This document shows positions 39,245 through 47,144 of a stretch of 64,000 nucleotides of DNA, piece after piece. This stretch comes from an uncultured Clostridia bacterium (GTDB lineage Bacteria; Aerophobota; Aerophobia; Aerophobales; AE-B3A), in the NCBI GenBank assembly GCA_964543295.1, contig CAZIXA010000002.1, forward strand, positions 46,410 to 110,409, written 5' to 3'. Every line of letters begins with the position of its first letter. The stretch's first letter is position 1. The translations under genes and the position numbers were made by a program. The notes under the pieces were generated by a model, which ran no database searches, had not been told where the DNA came from, and saw nothing but the letters and a program-made list of their open reading frames with translations.

Positions 39245-40309
39245 ATGAAGGCTTTGATCTTAAGTGGAGGAGCAGGTACTCGTCTTCGGCCCATTACCCA
39301 TACCGCAGCCAAACAGCTTATTCCTGTGGCCAACAAACCCATACTTTTTTATGGAATTGAGGCAATTAAAGAAGCAGGTATTAGTGATGTAGGAGTTGTC
39401 ACCGGAGATACTCATGAGGAGATAAAGGAAGCAGTGGGAGGAGGGGAAAAGTGGGGGATTAAGGTTACCTACATTCGACAACCGTCTCCCTTAGGTTTAG
39501 CTCATGCGGTAAAGGAATCGAGAGATTTCTTGCAGGATGAGCCCTTTGTGATGTACCTGGGAGATAACATAGTAAAACAGGGAATAAACTCTTTAGTAAA
39601 AGAATTCCGAGAAAAAAAACCTAATTCCCAGATTCTTCTCGCTCATGTCAATAATCCCCGGCAATTTGGGGTAGCAGAGCTTAAAGGTGATAAAGTGGTG
39701 AGGTTAGTGGAAAAGCCTAAAGAGCCAAAGAGTGACCTGGCTTTAGTAGGCGTGTATATGTTTGATCACCATGTGTTTGAGGCAGTAGACAATATCAAGC
39801 CATCCTGGAGGAATGAGCTAGAAATTACCGATGCTATACAGTACCTAATTGAGCATGGTTATCTAGTTCATTCTCATATCATTAACGGCTGGTGGAAAGA
39901 TACCGGCAAACGTGAGGATTTACTGGAGGCTAACAGGATAATGCTGGACGATGTTAAAACAGAGATAAAAGGAGAAGTGAGTGAAGATTCCAGGATTTAT
40001 GGAAGGGTAAAGATAGATTCTGGAGTCCAGGTAATTAAGAGTGTAATCCGAGGGCCAGCCATAATCGGTAGAGGGTGTAGGTTAATAAAGTCCTACATTG
40101 GTCCTTTTACCTCTGTCTATTATAATACTTTAATTGAAGAATCCGAGATAGAACACAGTATTGTTATGGAGGAATGTAAAATTACTGGCTTGAAATCACG
40201 CATAGAAGACAGCCTCATCGGAAAAAATGTAGTTATCAGTAAGTCAACCGCCAAGCCCCAGGCTTATCGATTTATGCTGGGCGACAGTAGTGAAGTGGGG
40301 ACAATTTAG
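39245..40309 (+). CDS. rmlA: Glucose-1-phosphate thymidylyltransferase, long form with a C-terminal left-handed beta-helix domain.
   Basis: MKALILSGGAGTRLRPITHTAAKQL, and a length of 355 aa typical of the long RmlA clade. Confidence 0.8.
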   Translation: MKALILSGGAGTRLRPITHTAAKQLIPVANKPILFYGIEAIKEAGISDVGVVTGDTHEEIKEAVGGGEKWGIKVTYIRQPSPLGLAHAVKESRDFLQDEPFVMYLGDNIVKQGINSLVKEFREKKPNSQILLAHVNNPRQFGVAELKGDKVVRLVEKPKEPKSDLALVGVYMFDHHVFEAVDNIKPSWRNELEITDAIQYLIEHGYLVHSHIINGWWKDTGKREDLLEANRIMLDDVKTEIKGEVSEDSRIYGRVKIDSGVQVIKSVIRGPAIIGRGCRLIKSYIGPFTSVYYNTLIEESEIEHSIVMEECKITGLKSRIEDSLIGKNVVISKSTAKPQAYRFMLGDSSEVGTI

Positions 40310-40326
40310 ACAAGAGGAGCAATAGG

Positions 40327-41448
40327 TTGAGACTGCTTGTTACCGGTGGAGCTGGCTTTATCGGGAGTAATTTTGTAAGACACACACTCAAAAAATATCC
40401 TGACTATGAAATTGTCGTTCTTGACAAACTCACCTATGCCGGGGATCTTGATAATTTAAAGGAGTTTCTGAATCCAGACAATTTATATTTAAGAAAAGAT
40501 TATAAAACCTCATATGCTCATCATCCGATTGAAAGTTTGTGGTCTGGAGTGAAGGCTAGATTCATTGAAAGAAAGCTTTTAGCCGATCGGCTTCTCTTCA
40601 TTCAGGGAGATATCTGCGATTCTCAATTAGTAGAACGAATAATGCCTGATGCGGATGTGGTAGTGAATTTTGCCGCCCAAAGCCACGTGGACCGTTCCAT
40701 ACTGGAAGCGGGTAGCTTCGTTACCACTGATGTCTATGGTACCTATGTTCTCCTCGAGGCCGCCAGAAGATACAAAAAAAATAGATTCATTCAAATTGGC
40801 ACCGATGAGGCATACGGAAGCATTGAGAAAGGCTCATTCAAAGAGACAGATCCTTTAAATCCGTCCAGTCCCTATGCAGCAAGTAAGGCGGCTGCTGATC
40901 TATTAGTAAAATCCTATTATGTGACCTATGATCTCCCAGTGATAATTACCCGTAGTAGCAATAATTTTGGGCCCTATCAGCATCCGGAAAAACTAATTCC
41001 TTTATTTATTACTAATGCTATCGATAATATGCATCTTCCCTTATATGGAGATGGGATGAATGTCAGGGATTGGCTATATGTTATTGATAATTGTTTTGCT
41101 ATTGACCTGGTGCTTCATAAAGGCAGGCGGGGTGAGATATATAATATTGGCGCAGATAATGAACAAGCCAATATTGAGATAACGAGGATGATTTTGAAAC
41201 TGCTGGGCAAGCCCGAAGACTTGATCAAGTTAGTTCAAGATAGGCCAGGCCATGATCGGCGGTATGCGCTTAACTCTACCAAAATAAAAAAGCTGGGCTG
41301 GAAAACGAGCTATTACTTCGAAGAAGCCATGAAAAGGACTGTTGACTGGTATATGAACAATAAGGACTGGTGGCGGAAAATAAAAGAAAAAGACAGGGAC
41401 TATCGAGAATACTATAGAAAGCAATATATTGAGCGGGAAACCATATGA
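40327..41448 (+). CDS. rmlB: dTDP-glucose 4,6-dehydratase carrying an insertion of about 35 aa after the first Rossmann strand region.
   Basis: LLVTGGAGFIGSNFVRH…LDKLTYAG…HVDRSI…YAASKAA… It begins with TTG after GAGGAG. Confidence 0.85.
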   Translation: MRLLVTGGAGFIGSNFVRHTLKKYPDYEIVVLDKLTYAGDLDNLKEFLNPDNLYLRKDYKTSYAHHPIESLWSGVKARFIERKLLADRLLFIQGDICDSQLVERIMPDADVVVNFAAQSHVDRSILEAGSFVTTDVYGTYVLLEAARRYKKNRFIQIGTDEAYGSIEKGSFKETDPLNPSSPYAASKAAADLLVKSYYVTYDLPVIITRSSNNFGPYQHPEKLIPLFITNAIDNMHLPLYGDGMNVRDWLYVIDNCFAIDLVLHKGRRGEIYNIGADNEQANIEITRMILKLLGKPEDLIKLVQDRPGHDRRYALNSTKIKKLGWKTSYYFEEAMKRTVDWYMNNKDWWRKIKEKDRDYREYYRKQYIERETI

Positions 41449-41552
41449 AAATTCTTATTACCGGGATCAGCGGGATGTTGGTGGTAGACTTTTGGTGTAT
41501 CTTTCGAAGTAGAGCCCTAAAAGAATATCTACAGGAAAGGAAAGGCTTATGA
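41445..41552 (+). pseudogene. Remnant of the dTDP-4-dehydrorhamnose reductase gene (rmlD): a 35-codon ORF with an RmlD-like N-terminus (MKILITGxxGxLV). It is translationally coupled (ATGA) to both neighbours.
   Basis: MKILITGISGMLVVDFWCIFRSRALKEYLQERKGL*. ATGA overlaps rmlB at 41445-41448 and the cupin gene at 41549-41552. Confidence 0.5.
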
Positions 41553-42004
41553 TTGAAGGGGTTAGGTTAAAAGAGCTTAAGTCCATTCCCGATGAAAGGG
41601 GCCGGGTGATGGAAATATTAAGAGCTGATGATGAGGGGTTTGAAAGATTTGGCCAGGTATATATGACCACTGCTTACCCGGGAGTAGTAAAGGCCTGGCA
41701 TTACCATAAACTCCAGACCGATAATATGGCTGTAATAAAGGGAATGATGAAGGTTGTTCTCTACGATGGACGGAAGGATTCGCCGACTAATGGCGAGGTA
41801 AACGAGTTTTTCTTGGGGGAACACAGTTTTAAACTCATCCAAATACCCAAAATGGTCTATCACGGCTTTAAGTGCATAGGTCAGGAAGAAGCTATTGTGA
41901 TAAACATCCCCACCCAGCCTTATGATTATAAACATCCTGATGAGTACCGGCTGGACCCTTATGAAAATAAGATACCCTATGATTGGAGGTTAAAAGAGGG
42001 GTAG
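41549..42004 (+). CDS. RmlC-like cupin, either a short dTDP-4-dehydrorhamnose 3,5-epimerase-like or an FdtA-like 3,4-ketoisomerase.
   Basis: Cupin motif KAWHYHK (compare FdtA RGFHAHK and RmlC RGLHYQ). Length is 151 aa. Confidence 0.65.
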   Translation: MIEGVRLKELKSIPDERGRVMEILRADDEGFERFGQVYMTTAYPGVVKAWHYHKLQTDNMAVIKGMMKVVLYDGRKDSPTNGEVNEFFLGEHSFKLIQIPKMVYHGFKCIGQEEAIVINIPTQPYDYKHPDEYRLDPYENKIPYDWRLKEG

Positions 42005-42119
42005 GCAATCAAAGGCGAGATATAGACAACGGCCTTAAGAAAGCTATTTCAAAACGTGTGACTTATCAACTTACAAGTAAGAGAAAGAGTCAGCGGAATC
42101 TGAGGAAAGGAGATCGGTA

Positions 42120-43196
42120 ATGGTGCAGGAAAATACCGAGTTAATCGATTATCTGGGCGTAATCTGGAAGTGGAAGCTGCTCATAATCCTAATAACAGTA
42201 GTTTGTGCAATTACTTCCGGGGTGATAAGTTTTGTTTTACCCAAAATATATCAATCTTCAGGCATCCTTGAAGTAGGAAGAGTTCCCAGATATAGGGGAA
42301 CAGGCCAGGAGCAGATTGAGCCAATTGAAGATATTGAGTCAGTTAGCGAGGTTCTCGAAAGTGATGAAATGCTCAGCAAGACTAAGGAAAAATTTAATCT
42401 ACATACTACCTTAGGGGGAATAAGGGCCAGGCTGGATGTGGAACCAATTCTTGGCAAGTATATAGGTTCAAGATTGCAGGCCCGCCTCATTAAAATAACC
42501 TTTGAAGATCGGGACCCCCAGTTAACAGTGGATATTCTGAATACTTTGTCAGACTCCCTCATAAAGCAGCATCTCCAGGAGTATCAGACCTCAATAGAAA
42601 ACCTTGACCAGGAGATAGCTAATTCTCAGGAGAAGATAAAAATAATTAACCTAGCGATAGGAACTATTAATAGGCAGATAGCCATAATAGATGACAAGAT
42701 CAAACTCCAGAATGAATATCGGAAAGTGGTTGATCAGCAAATAAAAGTGGCCGAAAAAGCCATTGCTGAAACGAGACAGGATCTTTCCAAACTAGGCTTG
42801 AAAAATATTAGTCCTCTGGAAGTGCTTTTTTTGCGATCTACTTTACGAGATCAGGAGGAAAGGATAGCAAGTTTTCATCGGGAACTAAAAGACGTTGAGC
42901 TTTCCATTGAAGAAAACAAGAGATCTATTGAAGAACAAAAAGCACTTATTGCAGAAAATCAGAAGGATGTTCAGGACTTGCGAGATAAGATAGTATATCT
43001 AGAACATATGAGGGCGATATCGGAGAACACAAAAGTGAGAGATAAGCCAATAAAGCCTGATGCGCCTATCAGACCCAAGAAAAAATTAAATGCAATTATC
43101 GGAGGGGTGGTAGGTTTTGTAGCGGCAATAATCCTGGCCTTCTTTTTTGAATACTTACAAACGGTTGGGATGAGGAAAAGAGAAAAAGTGAGATGA
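42120..43196 (+). CDS. Polysaccharide co-polymerase (Wzz/chain-length determinant family).
   Basis: An N-terminal transmembrane helix, a long coiled-coil periplasmic region, and a C-terminal transmembrane helix (IIGGVVGFVAAIILAFFFEYL). Confidence 0.75.
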   Translation: MVQENTELIDYLGVIWKWKLLIILITVVCAITSGVISFVLPKIYQSSGILEVGRVPRYRGTGQEQIEPIEDIESVSEVLESDEMLSKTKEKFNLHTTLGGIRARLDVEPILGKYIGSRLQARLIKITFEDRDPQLTVDILNTLSDSLIKQHLQEYQTSIENLDQEIANSQEKIKIINLAIGTINRQIAIIDDKIKLQNEYRKVVDQQIKVAEKAIAETRQDLSKLGLKNISPLEVLFLRSTLRDQEERIASFHRELKDVELSIEENKRSIEEQKALIAENQKDVQDLRDKIVYLEHMRAISENTKVRDKPIKPDAPIRPKKKLNAIIGGVVGFVAAIILAFFFEYLQTVGMRKREKVR

Positions 43197-43236
43197 AGCA
43201 GCGGGAAATAAGGAAAGATCACGATGGAAATCAGCT

Positions 43237-45789
43237 ATGAGGAAAAAGCTGCAGTGCGCAAAGGCTTTGATGATGGTTAGCGTCTGGTTCATTGTTTGGC
43301 CAGGAGGAACCCTGTTGGCCAAGGATTTAAGTGGGCTAACAAAGGAAAAGAAGTATCATCCTAAAATGGAGAGCGTCCTGGGGATGCTAACGGATAAATA
43401 CTCCCAGGGTCGGGCAGTGGCTCGGGAATTTGCCTATCAAAGAAAAATTCCCTTCCAGGATGATCAAGTTACCGTTATCTTAGTTCCCCCAGCAGGGAGG
43501 GATGCCTCAGCCATCGATGAAGGAAGTTTGAGTTTATACGGAGCCAACGTAGAGGCGATTTCCCGGCATCTGATCAGAGCGAGGATTCCAATATCAAAGC
43601 TGGTTGAGATTGCCGAGAATGTAGCTGGTGTCTCTTACATTCGCTTGTCTCTTACTCCTCTGCCGGGTTCGGTGACCAGCGAAGGAGTAGCTCTCACCAA
43701 TGCGGTCGACTACCACAGCGCAGGATACGAAGGTCAGAACACTAAGGTAGCGGTCATAGATTTAGGATTTAATGAATTGGAGATGGTGCAAAATGCTGGA
43801 GAACTGCCTTCTAATATTATAACCAAAGATTTTACGGGAACCGGTCTAACCACAGGTTCGAATCATGGAACCAAAGTTGCGCAGATTGTGTATGATATGG
43901 CTCCCCAAGCCCAGCTTTCTTTCATCAAGATAGCTGATGAAGTCGACCTGGAAAACGCTAAGGATTACTGCATTACGGAAGGAGAGGATATAATCAACCA
44001 CTGCTGGGGTTGGCCTAATACCAACTTTACTGATGGAACCGGCCTGATCTGTGACATTGCTAATGATGCCCAATCTCATAATATTCTCTGGGTCAACGCA
44101 GCGGGAAATGCAGCAAGAGAGCATTATCAGGATTTTTTCACTGATGTTGATAGCGATAGTTGGCATGAATTTGCTCCTGGAGACGAAACCAATCCTATTC
44201 AGGTTCTTGGAGACGACATCACCATCTTCCTAACCTGGGATGCCTGGCCCACTACCAAGCAAGACTACGATCTTTATTTATATGACTCTGATTTTAACCT
44301 GGTTGCCTCCTCCACCAATGCCCAAACCGGGACTCAGCCACCTACTGAGAAAATCGTCTATACACCTTCGCACTCCGGTACCTATAACATAATGATTCAT
44401 AAGTTCAGTGCTACCGGGAACGAGGAGCTGAAACTCTTTACTTTTAACTGTGACTTGCAATATTATACTCCTGCTCACAGTCTTTGGCCTCCGGCAGATG
44501 CCGCTGGTGTCATGAGCGCAGGTGCTATCGATCAGGCCAATTGGGAGACGGGACCTCAGGAAAGCTACAGTTCTCAGGGTCCTACCAATGACGGAAGAAT
44601 TAAGCCCGACATAAGCGGCCCCGATGGAGTGAGCCGCTATGCTGGAGGGACTGTTGGCAGAGGTTATGGTACATCCTATGCTGCTCCCCATGTGGCCGGA
44701 GCCGCCTCCCTGCTTCTTTCCAGATATCCTGCCTATACCGCTGATCAACTTAAATTGACTCTGGAGAATTGGGCTGTTGATATGGGGACACCGGGTAAAG
44801 ATAATATCTATGGGTATGGTCGGTTAATGCTGGAGCTTATTCCCGGTGCACCGCCCAGTCTTTCCTGGACTGGCGAGCCAAACTATACCTCTGATGGACT
44901 TGATCCAGAAACAGGGACATCCAGTACTAATTTTATCTATCGGGTGAAATATAGTGATGAGGATAATGATCCTCCTGCTTCAGGTTTTCCCAAGGTTCAC
45001 ATCCTCAAGGGAGGCTCGGAAATCTCGGGCAGTCCCTTTACTATGGATGAGGTCGATTCCGGGGATACCACTTACAGCGACGGTAAACTTTACACTTACA
45101 CCAAAACTGAACTGATTCTGGGAACTGATTATGGCTACTGTTTTGAAGCTGAGGATGTTCATGGGAGCCAAGCCACCGGAGATCCTATTAATGTGGTTGA
45201 TGGTCCGGATATTAGTGAAGAAATACCTGTTTTGGAAGTTGATCCTGCTTCCTTGGCTTTCGGTGAAGTGAAAGTGCCTCAAACTAAGACCATGACCTTT
45301 CGTGCCTATAACACTGGTACAGGAAAGTTGAGCGGAACGATCAGCGATGATAGAGACTGGATAACGGTAGATCCAACGAGCCTTACAGAGAATGATAATA
45401 CTATCTCAGTTACTGTGGACACAGGTATCATGGATGCAGAGCGATGGAAGGAGTACAGCGGGACTGTAACGGTCATCTCCAATGGGGGGACAAAAACCGT
45501 AGATGTAAGTGTTACTCCTACTTGCGTCAAAGTCTATCCTAATCCCTTTAATCCCGGGTGTTCTCGGCTTACCTTCTGGGGTTCCGGGGTTCCTCATGCT
45601 ACGATTAAAATCTACACTGTGAGCGGAGAACTAGTCAAAAGTTTATATGAGATTAGCGGAGAATATAAAATTTACTGGGATGGTAAAAATGAAGAAGGAA
45701 AACCTGTAGTTGCTGGAATTTACCTTTTTGTAGCCAATAATCCGGAAGGAAGGGATACTGGAAAATTCATGATAATCAGAAAGCCCTGA
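43237..45789 (+). CDS. Secreted subtilisin-like serine peptidase (S8) with a C-terminal Por/T9SS-type sorting domain (TIGR04183-like).
   Basis: Catalytic triad regions D (VAVIDLGF), H (HGTKVAQIV) and S (GTSYAAPHVAGAAS). A signal peptide is present. The C-terminal domain reads YPNPFNP…TIKIYTVSGELV…WDGKNEEGKPVVAGIYLF. Confidence 0.8.
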   Translation: MRKKLQCAKALMMVSVWFIVWPGGTLLAKDLSGLTKEKKYHPKMESVLGMLTDKYSQGRAVAREFAYQRKIPFQDDQVTVILVPPAGRDASAIDEGSLSLYGANVEAISRHLIRARIPISKLVEIAENVAGVSYIRLSLTPLPGSVTSEGVALTNAVDYHSAGYEGQNTKVAVIDLGFNELEMVQNAGELPSNIITKDFTGTGLTTGSNHGTKVAQIVYDMAPQAQLSFIKIADEVDLENAKDYCITEGEDIINHCWGWPNTNFTDGTGLICDIANDAQSHNILWVNAAGNAAREHYQDFFTDVDSDSWHEFAPGDETNPIQVLGDDITIFLTWDAWPTTKQDYDLYLYDSDFNLVASSTNAQTGTQPPTEKIVYTPSHSGTYNIMIHKFSATGNEELKLFTFNCDLQYYTPAHSLWPPADAAGVMSAGAIDQANWETGPQESYSSQGPTNDGRIKPDISGPDGVSRYAGGTVGRGYGTSYAAPHVAGAASLLLSRYPAYTADQLKLTLENWAVDMGTPGKDNIYGYGRLMLELIPGAPPSLSWTGEPNYTSDGLDPETGTSSTNFIYRVKYSDEDNDPPASGFPKVHILKGGSEISGSPFTMDEVDSGDTTYSDGKLYTYTKTELILGTDYGYCFEAEDVHGSQATGDPINVVDGPDISEEIPVLEVDPASLAFGEVKVPQTKTMTFRAYNTGTGKLSGTISDDRDWITVDPTSLTENDNTISVTVDTGIMDAERWKEYSGTVTVISNGGTKTVDVSVTPTCVKVYPNPFNPGCSRLTFWGSGVPHATIKIYTVSGELVKSLYEISGEYKIYWDGKNEEGKPVVAGIYLFVANNPEGRDTGKFMIIRKP

Positions 45790-45822
45790 GAGATTAATTA
45801 ATCTGGGGGAGGATAAGGGAAG

Positions 45823-46947
45823 ATGGAAAAAAAGATATTGGTAACGGGAGGAGCGGGATTTATTGGCTCCTACCTCGTCGATAAATTAATTGAGCTGGGC
45901 TATGAAGTCATGGTTTTCGATAACTTGGAGCCTCAGGTACATGGAGACGGCCAGAAAATACCGGAATATTTAAATAAAGAATGTGAATTTATTAAGGGAG
46001 ATGTCCGAAATAGGGACGAGTTTAAAAAAGCTTTGAAGGGTAGAGAGATCGTTTTTCATCAGGCTGCTGCAGTGGGAGTGGGGCAGTCTATGTATGAAAT
46101 TAATAAATATACCGAGGTTAACATTTTGGGCACGTCGAACTTACTTGATATCCTGGCCAACGAAAACCATCAGGTGGAAAAGCTAATTATCGCTTCTTCA
46201 ATGTCGGTATATGGTGAGGGAAAATATAGCTGTGTTGATTGCGGAGTAGTTTATCCCAAATTGAGGTCGTTATCACAACTCAAAGAAGGAGAGTGGGAAA
46301 TGAGGTGTCCTTTCTGTAACCAGGAAGTACAAAGTTTACCTACGGATGAAGAGAAGCCACTCTATCCCACTTCTATTTATTCCATTTCCAAGAGGGACCA
46401 AGAGGAGATGTGCTTAACCATCGGAAGAGCCTACTGTATTCCCACCGTGGCCTTGAGATACTTCAATGTTTATGGCCCCAGACAAGCACTGTCCAATCCT
46501 TATACCGGGGTAGCAGCCATATTTTCTTCCCGTATTTTAAATAACCACCCACCCTGTATCTTTGAAGACGGTTTACAGTCCCGGGATTTTACCCATGTCA
46601 GTGACATCGTTCAGGCTAACCTTCTGGCTATGGAGAGCAATGATGCAGATTACGAGGTTTTTAATGTGGGTACAGGTCGGCCTTTAACAGTTTTGAGTAT
46701 CGCCGAGGCTCTTATCAAAAGCCTTAACTCATCAGTGGATATGAATATAGTGAGAAAATATAGAGAAGGGGATATCAGGCACTGCTATGCTGATATTTCT
46801 AAAATTCGGGACCAACTTGGTTTCCAGCCCAAAGTGAAATTCGAAAAGGGTATTTCTGAGTTCGTTGGTTGGGTACGAGGTGAGAAGGCTAGGGATCAAT
46901 TTGAAAAATCGAGAAGAGAATTGGAGGAAAAAGGATTAGCAGTCTAA
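45823..46947 (+). CDS. NAD-dependent epimerase/dehydratase (SDR) carrying a CxxC…CxxC zinc-ribbon insertion.
   Basis: GGAGFIGSYL, the YxxxK motif (YSISK), and an inserted CVDCG…CPFCNQ segment. Confidence 0.7.
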   Translation: MEKKILVTGGAGFIGSYLVDKLIELGYEVMVFDNLEPQVHGDGQKIPEYLNKECEFIKGDVRNRDEFKKALKGREIVFHQAAAVGVGQSMYEINKYTEVNILGTSNLLDILANENHQVEKLIIASSMSVYGEGKYSCVDCGVVYPKLRSLSQLKEGEWEMRCPFCNQEVQSLPTDEEKPLYPTSIYSISKRDQEEMCLTIGRAYCIPTVALRYFNVYGPRQALSNPYTGVAAIFSSRILNNHPPCIFEDGLQSRDFTHVSDIVQANLLAMESNDADYEVFNVGTGRPLTVLSIAEALIKSLNSSVDMNIVRKYREGDIRHCYADISKIRDQLGFQPKVKFEKGISEFVGWVRGEKARDQFEKSRRELEEKGLAV

Positions 46948-47144
46948 ACACCTTGCGTCAGCCATATCAGTTGATATATTTTTGATAAGCCGATAATCCA
47001 AAGAATCCCCGAGAAGCCTTCCACATAATAACTTCCAATTCTTCCCGGGGTCGCGTGTTGCATCTCAACCCTCTCGGCTACTTGAGGTCGGTTGGTCAGA
47101 CGATCTATTTTTTAACAAGCTAGCTACGTAATGCCAATGTAGAG

